DNA of 29,591 nt from a virus (lineage: Duplodnaviria; Caudoviricetes). The notes under the pieces are model-generated. The model was not told where the DNA came from. It did no database searches and saw nothing but the letters and a program-made list of their open reading frames with translations. A program made the position numbers and the translations under genes. The DNA lies in IMG/VR virus record IMGVR_UViG_3300021960_009613, positions 1 to 29,591 of that record. One strand, given 5' to 3'. Below, one piece after another: positions 1-8,482 of the stretch (positions are counted from its first letter, which is position 1; each line of letters opens with the position of its first letter).

Positions 1-222
1 ATCTACATCTGCGGCAAGCATAACATCGTCAATATCACCACGAACACCATGCGCGATATAATAGAGACCAGGTCCATCATAAAAATTACTAGCTTCTAAA
101 CCACCACCAATCACATTAGCAGCTTCTTCTGCAGTATAAGCAATAAAGTTAAAATTAGCAAGCTCAGCTACATTATTTTTAATCATTTCTAAGTTCATAT
201 GACCCTCAAACATTGGTTCCAT
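1..222 (-). CDS. Hypothetical protein, 3'-truncated by the window edge (MEPMFEGHMNLEMIKNNVAELANF...)
   Basis: Not in the ORF track. ATG at 222 with GAGGAG RBS just upstream; frame open for 74 codons to position 1; sigma70-type promoter upstream. Confidence 0.75.
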   Translation of the reverse strand, partial: MEPMFEGHMNLEMIKNNVAELANFNFIAYTAEEAANVIGGGLEASNFYDGPGLYYIAHGVRGDIDDVMLAADVD

Positions 223-254
223 TATATTCTCCTCATTTCTCATTCTATACATAT

Positions 255-283
255 ATTATAGTCTCTTTTTTACCAAAAATCAA
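255..283 (-). promoter_or_regulatory. Sigma70-type (early) promoter TTGATT-N17-TATAAT
   Basis: On the minus strand, -35 TTGATT at 283-278 and -10 TATAAT at 260-255, 17-nt spacer; intergenic and upstream of an RBS-bearing ORF. Confidence 0.7.
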
Positions 284-319
284 CTAAAAAAGGGCCCAAT
301 TTATCTAATAAAAACAATG

Positions 320-520
320 TTATCTTATTTTTTTTTTAATTAAATCTTCTGTAGTAATATTGCTTAAATCAGTTTTTGCTTCTTCTTTTGTAAGATAAGG
401 ACCAATAGTACCTACAACAAAAGGACACCCCGCGCTATCCATTTTAATACAAGCTATTTCATATGCTTCTGTTACAGCAAACACGGGCCATATTTCTAAA
501 AACATCATATTATTACTCAT
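320..520 (-). CDS. Small hypothetical protein (66 aa)
   Basis: Co-oriented ORF filling the gap between neighbours; no recognised motif. Confidence 0.5.
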   Translation of the reverse strand: MSNNMMFLEIWPVFAVTEAYEIACIKMDSAGCPFVVGTIGPYLTKEEAKTDLSNITTEDLIKKKIR

Positions 521-541
521 TTGAAAACCACATTGGAATTC

Positions 542-928
542 CTAATCTAGCGTGTTTTTACCACCACCGGGGCTTTGAGTACATTGTTGCGTTCTAGGAC
601 ATTGAAAATATTTGTCCATAGCAACAGTTAAATTAGCATGGCCGGATGCACCTCGTTCATATATACACATACGTTCTTTTGATTCAGGATCTATATATTG
701 CCTTTTGAGTCTGCATGTAATAGTATTATTAGTTGTAGGAGGTACAGCTTTTCTTCTACAAGTCATAGGTTCTAAACCTAAGATAGTTTGAGGCCATCTT
801 AAAGGATTTGTGTCCCATAATGTACAATGAGTTTTTTCGTCACTTCCTGTGTATGTGCGGCCAGCAGAGTAAGCCATAGATGATATTGCTAAACTAAGCG
901 TAATGCTTATTAACCCAATCAACTTCAC
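542..928 (-). CDS. Exported Cys-rich hypothetical protein (128 aa)
   Basis: GTG start preceded by AGGAG; Sec-type signal peptide MKLIGLISITLSLAISSMAYSA; six Cys in the mature part. Confidence 0.7.
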   Translation of the reverse strand: MKLIGLISITLSLAISSMAYSAGRTYTGSDEKTHCTLWDTNPLRWPQTILGLEPMTCRRKAVPPTTNNTITCRLKRQYIDPESKERMCIYERGASGHANLTVAMDKYFQCPRTQQCTQSPGGGKNTLD

Positions 929-1604
929 CTAATAACTCCTCTGGGTTAGGAACTCCGTGAAATACACACACTTTTCCGCCTTTAGGAATTCTAGAACCGA
1001 ACATTTGAGAACGGTCACCTGCGTGTTTACCTCTAGCAACACCTTTTTTGTAGGACCACAGCCATTCATCAGGAAAAACATTAAGAAAATTAGGATAGTG
1101 GTTGACGTAATGTGATGTAACATTTTGGTCGCCAAAGAAGTGTACTTGCTTTTGGTAGTTGTGCCAAAGCTTTCTATTATTTATATAATGTTTATATATT
1201 CCTTCACTTTGTTTAGAATTAAATCTAAGAACAGATGAATTATATTCTTTACCAGGTAGTATTCCGTTATCTGGTCTAATAAAATCTCTAGTAATACCAA
1301 ACGAAGGGTGATTAAAAAAACAATCGATGTTATCAACAATAACAACATCAAGATCAAAATATAAATATTCCCCATCTGGAAGCACACCAGGTTTATACAT
1401 CTGAAGTTTATTCCACCAACCAACCTCATCAGTGTTTAATTCTACTGTAGTATAATACGTGTACTTACTATATCTATCAATTTGATCGGTTAACACATAA
1501 AAATTAAATGGCTTAGTAGTATTGCGTTTTACCATATTATAAAGTCTGTGTGTGTATTCTACACCATACTTAGTACCCCAATTTACACATACAACATTAT
1601 TCAT
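894..1604 (-). CDS. GT-A fold glycosyltransferase (GT8-like)
   Basis: N-terminal VVCVNWGTKY, WWNKL, DXD motif YFDLDVVI, YNSSV, GDQ and C-terminal VFHG.P.P. Confidence 0.8.
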   Translation of the reverse strand: MNNVVCVNWGTKYGVEYTHRLYNMVKRNTTKPFNFYVLTDQIDRYSKYTYYTTVELNTDEVGWWNKLQMYKPGVLPDGEYLYFDLDVVIVDNIDCFFNHPSFGITRDFIRPDNGILPGKEYNSSVLRFNSKQSEGIYKHYINNRKLWHNYQKQVHFFGDQNVTSHYVNHYPNFLNVFPDEWLWSYKKGVARGKHAGDRSQMFGSRIPKGGKVCVFHGVPNPEELLGEVDWVNKHYA

Positions 1605-1947
1605 TTCTTATCCTTGTAGCTGTTATATTTTCTATATCAGCATTAAATCTAATTTTTTCTATCTTATAACCCACGTCTCTACCATAACAAATATTTGTAA
1701 TATTAGGTACACTAATAATAGTAAAACTTTCTGTTGTAATATTTTCTACAGCAAGTTTTTCTACGATTTGCATAACTCTGTCTTCAATAGAATATGGATT
1801 GTCAGAATCCGTATATGTGGTTCTTAACATAATAACCACTTGACCGGTTTTTTTTAACGCTTCTTTAAATAAAGCAGTATGACCATCATGCCAAGGTTGA
1901 AAACGACCAAGCATTTGAGCTGTAGGTTTGCCCCAATCAAAAGCCAT
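1597..1947 (-). CDS. HxGH-family nucleotidyltransferase (cytidylyltransferase / NMNAT-like)
   Basis: GRFQPWHDGH motif, NPYS..DR, and C-terminal ITATRIR (ISxTxIR-like). Confidence 0.8.
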   Translation of the reverse strand: MAFDWGKPTAQMLGRFQPWHDGHTALFKEALKKTGQVVIMLRTTYTDSDNPYSIEDRVMQIVEKLAVENITTESFTIISVPNITNICYGRDVGYKIEKIRFNADIENITATRIRNE

Positions 1948-2390
1948 TATAACCTCTCTGTAGGTTTGCCTTCTTTATGAAGAACGTAATTTTTTACCAC
2001 TTTAACTAATTCTGTGTGTGTATTATTAAACCATTTTTTAACATGATAGTTATAACTACTTGGTTTTTCAAAAACTGTGTTTGTGTCTTCATACTCGCTT
2101 TTTTCTACAGTATCCATCCACACTATGTAATCAGCTTTAAACCAATCTCTAGTAGTTTGCGTAGGGCAAACAAAATCTGCTACTACAATTTTACCAGCCA
2201 TTACAACCCCATCTGCTAAATGACACATACGAAGAGCTTGTCTTAATCTACCTTTAGGGGTAAAATCCCAATCTTGATATCTATTACGAATATCATCTGC
2301 GTTTAAATGTACAGCACCAATAAGTTCAGCAAACGGTTTTGCTAAAGTTGTTTTTCCACTACCTGGTAAACCACAGATTAAAATTTTCAT
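1947..2390 (-). CDS. Adenylylsulfate-kinase-like P-loop kinase
   Basis: Walker A GLPGSGKT, LNADDIR, DFTPKGRLRQ, ADFVCP and FEKP, resembling CysC; shorter than canonical CysC. Confidence 0.75.
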   Translation of the reverse strand: MKILICGLPGSGKTTLAKPFAELIGAVHLNADDIRNRYQDWDFTPKGRLRQALRMCHLADGVVMAGKIVVADFVCPTQTTRDWFKADYIVWMDTVEKSEYEDTNTVFEKPSSYNYHVKKWFNNTHTELVKVVKNYVLHKEGKPTERL

Positions 2391-2392
2391 AG

Positions 2393-2743
2393 TTATTTTG
2401 TTTCATTATAACCAACAGATTCTCTAACTATATCTTTTTCAGGAAATTCTGCCCAATATAGTTCATACGCTACCGCGTCTTCTAAACATTCAAACTGATG
2501 TTGTACACCAGGTTTGACTTTTGTATATTCCCCAGGACCTAAAACAGTTTCGTCTACAAGATCATAATCATTTTGCCATACACGAATTAATAATTTACCT
2601 GATTCTACAAAAAAACCATTCCATTTGTATTCATGTAAATGTTTTGAACACACACCGCCAGCTTTAGTTTCAATTCTATGAAACTCTAATACACCATTAC
2701 GTTCAACTAATTCTGTAGTTCCCCACACTTTACCTGCAATCAT
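2393..2743 (-). CDS. Cupin-domain protein (putative sugar isomerase/epimerase)
   Basis: KVWG, CSKHLH..K.NGFFVESG and V.PG..HQF cupin motifs. Confidence 0.75.
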   Translation of the reverse strand: MIAGKVWGTTELVERNGVLEFHRIETKAGGVCSKHLHEYKWNGFFVESGKLLIRVWQNDYDLVDETVLGPGEYTKVKPGVQHQFECLEDAVAYELYWAEFPEKDIVRESVGYNETK

Positions 2744-2752
2744 AATATACCT

Positions 2753-3424
2753 CTATGCTTTGTAAATTCTATCTTTATTAAACTTTTTAATTTCTTTATA
2801 ACCAAACTGTGCTAAAAACCTACCTATTGGTAGTGATATATCTCTACCATCACTTTTAGTTTCAATTAATAAAGTTGGTTTAAATTTTTCTAAAGTATTA
2901 ACTGCACCTTTAAGAACTTCAATCTCATAACCTTGAATATCAATTTTAATAAAATCTGGTTCTAATCCAAAAGAATCTAGTGTCTTAATATCTATAGAAA
3001 ATGATCTCATTGGTTCTGTTTTATTTTCAAAATCAACAATAGACCAACTCCCACATGAATTAATTCTTTCAGGTAATAAAATTGTTTCTTGTTTTTCTTC
3101 TTCTCCTAAACCATTTGTATAAATGGTAACATTATTTAAATCTTCTGTATTGTAATGTAAACAAGAATAATTTTCTGGTACAGGTTCAAAAGTGTAAACA
3201 TGCTCAAAAACTTCAGCATATCTTCTTGCCATTAAACCAATATTACCTCCAATGTCAATAGCAACTTTTTTAATTGGTGTATTACTAAAGACTGTTGAAT
3301 CGCATTTAGTTTGATAAGAATTTTTCATCCCCTCACTAATAGTAGGATGAAAATGATCACAATAAAGAGGTAAAGTCCATCCTTTGTAATTTTGTAATTT
3401 ATCTTTTTGTAAAAATGTAGTCAT
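2753..3424 (-). CDS. FkbM-family SAM-dependent methyltransferase
   Basis: IDIGGNIG, FEP, TLDS, FIKIDIQGYEIEVLKGA..TL....P.LLIE. Confidence 0.9.
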   Translation of the reverse strand: MTTFLQKDKLQNYKGWTLPLYCDHFHPTISEGMKNSYQTKCDSTVFSNTPIKKVAIDIGGNIGLMARRYAEVFEHVYTFEPVPENYSCLHYNTEDLNNVTIYTNGLGEEEKQETILLPERINSCGSWSIVDFENKTEPMRSFSIDIKTLDSFGLEPDFIKIDIQGYEIEVLKGAVNTLEKFKPTLLIETKSDGRDISLPIGRFLAQFGYKEIKKFNKDRIYKA

Positions 3425-3932
3425 GATTTTGTAAATTATCCACTTCTCTTAAATTATAACCCCAATTCTCTAAAATTTCTTGAGAATTGTTATCTTCAGT
3501 ATTAATTTCTACACACAACACAGGCCAGTTTCTTTTTATGGTTTGTTCTGCGCCTAGTAAAACTTTTGGTTCGTATCCTTCAACATCCATTTTAATAAAA
3601 CCCACATTTTCTAATTCGTACGAATCTAAAGTTTTTATAATAACAGATTTATTACCTATACCTTTAATTCTTCCTGCAGACACACTAGTATAAGTGGTGT
3701 ATTCTTTTTCACCTAAACCTACATTATGAAAACAAAATTTATTAGTAGGAAGATATTTAAGTTTTCTTACATGAGCTGATTTAGATCTATAGTCCCATCC
3801 ATATACAAAATCAAAATCTAAAACCATATGTTTAGCAAAATCACCTCTTCTGCACCCTATATCTAAACCTATTTTATAATTTTCTATGTATTTTTTACAA
3901 ATATTATAAGTGTTTAACCATACATCAGTCAT
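3399..3932 (-). CDS. FkbM-family SAM-dependent methyltransferase (second, divergent copy)
   Basis: LDIGCRRG, TLDS, FIKMDVEGYEPKVLLGAEQTI...WPVLCVE. Confidence 0.88.
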   Translation of the reverse strand: MTDVWLNTYNICKKYIENYKIGLDIGCRRGDFAKHMVLDFDFVYGWDYRSKSAHVRKLKYLPTNKFCFHNVGLGEKEYTTYTSVSAGRIKGIGNKSVIIKTLDSYELENVGFIKMDVEGYEPKVLLGAEQTIKRNWPVLCVEINTEDNNSQEILENWGYNLREVDNLQNHDYIFTKR

Positions 3933-4758
3933 TAAGTTTACTTTCTATTGTATCATATACTCTTTTTACAGTCATCCAAGAATTTGCTATTTTACAATGA
4001 TCACATTCAAATTGTCTACCACATGGAGTTTCTGGATGATCATATACTATTTCAGTATTATTATCATATTTCATAGAGTTTATATCTGTTAGTCCTCCAT
4101 ATAAAATAACACCTGGAACTTTAAAACCACCCATTGCATGCATTAAACCACCTTCATAAGAAACAAACAACTTAGCTTTACTTATTACACCAAATGCTAC
4201 TCTTACATTATTAATGTGAATATTTTGTGCATAAGGTAAATCTTCTAAATCAACTGTAGGTTTAATTCTTGCAATTTTAAAATTTAACTTACTCAGTCTT
4301 TCACTTAACTCTGACCATTTATGCCAACCCCAATTTTTATTATTTTTAAAAACATCTTTTTTAAAATCAGGATTAATTATAATAAACCTGTGTAAATTAT
4401 TATAAATTATTTGATCTTTAATAAGCTGGTGCTCTTCTTTTGTAAATCTTAACTTAAATGGAATAGGATTATATTTTTTGTATTTTATAAATTTACCTCT
4501 TCCTTTTTCATCATCAGCTAGCTCTTCCATGTAATGATTATACCTACCATTACTAGGCTTAATACTTAAAGAGTAGCAATCTTCTCTAGAGTCTTTAGTA
4601 ATAAATTCTACATTATTGTACATTGGAGACCATTTATGGTCTGGTAAAGGTCTTACTGAGCCATTACTTCTTGGCATAACCGGAAATATTTTTTTACCCG
4701 TGTCTTTAAATATTTTCTCAGCTTCACCAAGAAACATTAAATCATCACCTAGTCCCAT
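3925..4758 (-). CDS. GT9-like (ADP-heptose:LPS heptosyltransferase-like) glycosyltransferase
   Basis: N-terminal GLGDDLM, IIINP, KNW...KW, LFVSYEGGLMH, VPGVILYG, and C-terminal PC.....C..C typical of WaaF/WaaC-like GT-B proteins. Confidence 0.8.
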   Translation of the reverse strand: MGLGDDLMFLGEAEKIFKDTGKKIFPVMPRSNGSVRPLPDHKWSPMYNNVEFITKDSREDCYSLSIKPSNGRYNHYMEELADDEKGRGKFIKYKKYNPIPFKLRFTKEEHQLIKDQIIYNNLHRFIIINPDFKKDVFKNNKNWGWHKWSELSERLSKLNFKIARIKPTVDLEDLPYAQNIHINNVRVAFGVISKAKLFVSYEGGLMHAMGGFKVPGVILYGGLTDINSMKYDNNTEIVYDHPETPCGRQFECDHCKIANSWMTVKRVYDTIESKLND

Positions 4759-5531
4759 AAATCTACAATCTTTTTAATATCGATTAGTATTTTTCTCATA
4801 TTTTTTAGTTCGACCATGTTTGGTCCATCTGATGGTGCGTCATCAGGCTCTGGGTGCGTTTCCATAAAGAAATTTCTGACGCCAACTGCTGCTGCTGCTC
4901 TCGCAAGTGTTGAAACGTATTTTCTATTTCCGCCCGACGATGTACCATTTCCTCCAGGTTTTTGTACACTATGCGTTGCATCAAATACCACTGATGCATC
5001 AGGAAAAGTATCCAACATATATTTAACACCAGTGAAATCATTAACAAGTGTATTATATCCAAAACTAGTACCTCTCTCAGTTAACCATATTTCTTTAGCA
5101 CGATTTGTTTTACTCCAAATTCCAACAACATCCCAAGGTGCTAAAAATTGACCTTTTTTAATATTAACAATTTTACCTGATGCACAAGCTTCTAAAATAA
5201 GATCAGTTTGTCTACACAAAAAAGCAGGAATTTGAATAATATCAATAACATCATTATATTTTGTTACAATATCATTAATATGCCATTTTTCATGAACATC
5301 TGTAAGAAATTTTACATCAGGAAACATTATTTTTATATTTCTAAAATCTTTCATAGTTTCATGAAAACCAATACCTCTTTTACCTTTAAGAGAAGTTCTA
5401 TTTGCTTTATCAAACGAAGCTTTAAAAACATATTCAATACCTAAATCATTACACATTAAATAAAGTTGTTTACAGATATCTAATGATTTATTATAATCTT
5501 CGTGTTGACAAGGACCTGCTATTAATCTCAT
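4749..5531 (-). CDS. kdsA: 3-deoxy-D-manno-octulosonate 8-phosphate (Kdo8P) synthase
   Basis: IAGPC, FKASFDKANRTS, TDVHE, QIPAFLCRQTDL, NIKKGQFLAPW, ERGTSFGY, FDATHSVQ.PGG, ETHP.P..A.SDG. The N-terminal Cys suggests the metal-dependent class. Confidence 0.97.
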   Translation of the reverse strand: MRLIAGPCQHEDYNKSLDICKQLYLMCNDLGIEYVFKASFDKANRTSLKGKRGIGFHETMKDFRNIKIMFPDVKFLTDVHEKWHINDIVTKYNDVIDIIQIPAFLCRQTDLILEACASGKIVNIKKGQFLAPWDVVGIWSKTNRAKEIWLTERGTSFGYNTLVNDFTGVKYMLDTFPDASVVFDATHSVQKPGGNGTSSGGNRKYVSTLARAAAAVGVRNFFMETHPEPDDAPSDGPNMVELKNMRKILIDIKKIVDLWD

Positions 5532-6283
5532 CGTCTTTCAATATCCAATTCTGTTAGTTCATCACCAAACCATGTTTCAATAATTTTAGCTGGTTCTTTA
5601 CCTTTGTTAATAGCTTTGTGCCAAACCATTTCACCAATATCAAAACTCTGTGTAGGAATAATAAGATCGTTTCTCTTAACCCCCATCCATTCAGTATTCA
5701 TACTTACTTGACCTTGAACTACATGCCAATGTTCTGATCTCTTTGAATGTCTTTGATCTGATAACGATTTACCAGGAAGGATTGTAAGTTCTTTTACTGC
5801 CCAACCTTCTCCTTCATCTAAAACTCTATACCATCCCCAAGGACGTTCTGTTTTAGGTGCTTTCCAATCTTCTAATATCCAAGACGAACTATTAGCTTTG
5901 TTCTTACCACCTACTGCAAATTTAAAGTCAACGTCAAATTCAAAATTCATTTCCATTTCGGGGATGTTAGTTTTAGTACGATCACCACCATTCATAAAGA
6001 TCAACTGACTATCAGGAAACATTGCAGCAGCTCTCTCGATAAGATCACTTGCTGTGTCATCTGTATCATCAAAATCTGTGGCATAATTTACATCATGCAA
6101 CGCTTTAATTATACGAATTCTTTCCTCAAACGGCATAAAAAATCTATTTTTTTTACGAGCTAACCATTCATCTGAATTAACACCTACTAATAAAAAGTCA
6201 CAATGGCTTTTTGCAGCTTTAATATAACTAATATGACCTGAGTGAATTGGGTCGAACCCACCCGAAATAATACCTATCCTCAT
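5528..6283 (-). CDS. Fusion of an HxGH cytidylyltransferase (TagD/HldE-C-like) and a mannose-6-phosphate-isomerase-type cupin
   Basis: SGGFDPIHSGH, VGVNSDEWL.RKK, NGGDR and KANSSS, then ERPWGWY, LSDQRHSKRSEHW. Start moved to ATG 6283, which forms an ATGA overlap with the upstream stop. Confidence 0.85.
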   Translation of the reverse strand: MRIGIISGGFDPIHSGHISYIKAAKSHCDFLLVGVNSDEWLARKKNRFFMPFEERIRIIKALHDVNYATDFDDTDDTASDLIERAAAMFPDSQLIFMNGGDRTKTNIPEMEMNFEFDVDFKFAVGGKNKANSSSWILEDWKAPKTERPWGWYRVLDEGEGWAVKELTILPGKSLSDQRHSKRSEHWHVVQGQVSMNTEWMGVKRNDLIIPTQSFDIGEMVWHKAINKGKEPAKIIETWFGDELTELDIERR

Positions 6284-6957
6284 AGTCCAAACATCTCCTT
6301 TATTTCTTGTTTCCATAATTCACTATAAGAACAATTACTATATTCTTTAAACCATGGACCACCATCTGTGTAATGAATTAGTATTGGTTGCTCTTCTTCG
6401 AAATCGTAGTACCCAGCTAAAAAATTAAATTTAGGTGGAAGAGAACCTATTTTATCGTCTGCCCATAACATTCTATGTAAATACATAGGTGTTTCTGTGT
6501 TAACAATATCTGGTGTAAGCATTTTACATTTAGAATTGTTAAACAACATAACAGAAGACCAGTTTTTTCTAGGATAGACATGTTGCATTTGACCGTCCAT
6601 TTTCATTTTAGATTTAGGACTATAATCATGTTTTACACATGATACAGGATTAGTAAGAGCATCTTGAAATTCTAACACAAACTCCAGATCATTTAAACAC
6701 ACCATATCACAATCCATAAACAAAGAATAACCTTTATACCCGCTAAGAAAGGGAACTAAAAATCTAGAGATTGTAAATTCTGTAGAACCTTTTTTATCAT
6801 CTTCTCTTGTATAGATACCTTTTTCTCTAAGTTCATACAATTTTAGAGGATAGACTTCTATATTTGGATTATGTTTAAGAATAGAATGCTTAGCTACTTC
6901 GTAAGCAATATCTTCTCTACTATCCCAACCTATAAACACTTTTAAATTTGCTGGCAT
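6280..6957 (-). CDS. GT8-related glycosyltransferase (resembles the plant CDI-type family)
   Basis: VFIGWDSREDIAY.V..HSI, STEFT.SRFLVP.L, FMDCDM, YPRKNWSSVMLFN, HYT.GGPWF. Confidence 0.85.
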   Translation of the reverse strand: MPANLKVFIGWDSREDIAYEVAKHSILKHNPNIEVYPLKLYELREKGIYTREDDKKGSTEFTISRFLVPFLSGYKGYSLFMDCDMVCLNDLEFVLEFQDALTNPVSCVKHDYSPKSKMKMDGQMQHVYPRKNWSSVMLFNNSKCKMLTPDIVNTETPMYLHRMLWADDKIGSLPPKFNFLAGYYDFEEEQPILIHYTDGGPWFKEYSNCSYSELWKQEIKEMFGL

Positions 6958-7694
6958 TTACTATTCTCCATTATAGTTGCCCAAGCATAAGGTAGTTCAT
7001 TTCTGTCAAAAGAAGACCATGTTATATTATCAAATATACTCATTCTTTCGGGTTCAATTTTCATAGCATCAGTTTCTAAATCTTCTAATTTTTTAGAAGC
7101 CATTTTAGCTGGGCACCAACCTAAACTTATAGTAGGTATACCCTGCCTAGTTGCTTCTAAAGCTATAGCTGAACCCCATGTAACAACACAATAAGCATTA
7201 TCCAATTGCTCTTGTAAAGGTCTAGCTAGTCTACCTTTCGCAGGTTTTGCTCTAACTATTATATTCTTATCTGTATAAATGTTCACGTTATTTGCAATAA
7301 AGTTTAAAAAATCTCTTTGATTAAAAGTATCCATATAAGGCGGAGAGGGGGGTAATACAAGAATTGAGCTTCCTTGACCCCCTCTCCATGGCAGTAGTTG
7401 CGTGCCATGTTCAAATCTTTTACCTGGTCTAAAAGTAGTAGGAGCTGTACCGTTCATTGTAACTCTTTTATATTTGCCAAGATAACCATTATCCATATAC
7501 ATCCAAGGAACATTTCTTTTTATACATTCTTTAGCAATATCTCCCATACCTCTTAAAGTGCCATGTAATACTGCAAGAGAAGCGTCTTGAGGAAGGTGTT
7601 TAGTTGTACTTTCTAAATACTTACAATCTACTGATTGTGTTAGTTCTCTAGAATTAATTCCTTTTATATTTTTATCTAGATAAGTATAAATCAT
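6942..7694 (-). CDS. Capsule-biosynthesis (KpsS/KpsC-like) GT-B protein, 'KP' subtype
   Basis: YMDNGY, PWR..G..ILVLPPS, IIVRAKP, CVVTWGSAIALEA...GIPTISLG; paralogous to the three genes at 10.2-12.8 kb. Confidence 0.6.
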   Translation of the reverse strand: MIYTYLDKNIKGINSRELTQSVDCKYLESTTKHLPQDASLAVLHGTLRGMGDIAKECIKRNVPWMYMDNGYLGKYKRVTMNGTAPTTFRPGKRFEHGTQLLPWRGGQGSSILVLPPSPPYMDTFNQRDFLNFIANNVNIYTDKNIIVRAKPAKGRLARPLQEQLDNAYCVVTWGSAIALEATRQGIPTISLGWCPAKMASKKLEDLETDAMKIEPERMSIFDNITWSSFDRNELPYAWATIMENSKCQQI

Positions 7695-8482
7695 TTATTT
7701 CTTTCAGGTGAGTATCCAATATCTTTACGATTACCCTTCATATGATCAAAATATTCACCAAGTACACCTCTAACGAACGGATGTTTACCTGATCCGTCAC
7801 CTAGGTCTAGTGTAATTTTTTCTCCGGTTTCTTTTTCAATATATCTTTCTGCAGCCCACCACAAGAAACTATCATGCCATTCTTCCATTGTAAAGCATGC
7901 GCCCTGATCATACATCCATGACATAAGCTGTTGATATCTTACATGGTATTTTGATTCTGTATCCCAAACCATAAAACCACATTCAGGATATTTTATATTA
8001 ACAGCTTTATCTCTACCCACTCTAGACCAATAAACATTTTCTTTGATTAGTTTGTCTGTAAAAAAACTATATGGTATGTCTTTATCTGCTTTCACGTCTG
8101 CATCACACCAAATAACATATCTAGAATCTTTGTTTTGCCAAAAATGTTCTACTGCATAGTACTTATGAGAAAATCTTGAAGCCTCAAACAAATATCTAGA
8201 ACCTGGAGTAATTTTACCTCTTCCTGGTCTTGGATCATTACCTTCTATTAACACATCATTTTCATAAGGTGATGCTAATTCTTTAAATGCTTTGTATTTT
8301 TTACCACAAGCTTCATTAAAGTCAATTACTTTCCATCTTCCAATATTAGGAGCTTCCATATCTTCATAATAAGCAGTAAGAGATATATTATTTGGAATAT
8401 GTTTATCTAAAGTTTCCATCATAGTTTTTCCATATTTGTCAAACCCTTCTTGATGGAATGTGGTTACTATACTAAACTCCAT
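7691..8482 (-). CDS. GT-A fold glycosyltransferase, paralog 2
   Basis: RFSHK, VIWCDAD (DXD), ECGF..WD, EWHDS, HP....LG.YFDH.KG.RK. Start reassigned to MEFSIVTTF by alignment with the upstream paralog. Confidence 0.75.
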   Translation of the reverse strand: MEFSIVTTFHQEGFDKYGKTMMETLDKHIPNNISLTAYYEDMEAPNIGRWKVIDFNEACGKKYKAFKELASPYENDVLIEGNDPRPGRGKITPGSRYLFEASRFSHKYYAVEHFWQNKDSRYVIWCDADVKADKDIPYSFFTDKLIKENVYWSRVGRDKAVNIKYPECGFMVWDTESKYHVRYQQLMSWMYDQGACFTMEEWHDSFLWWAAERYIEKETGEKITLDLGDGSGKHPFVRGVLGEYFDHMKGNRKDIGYSPERNK

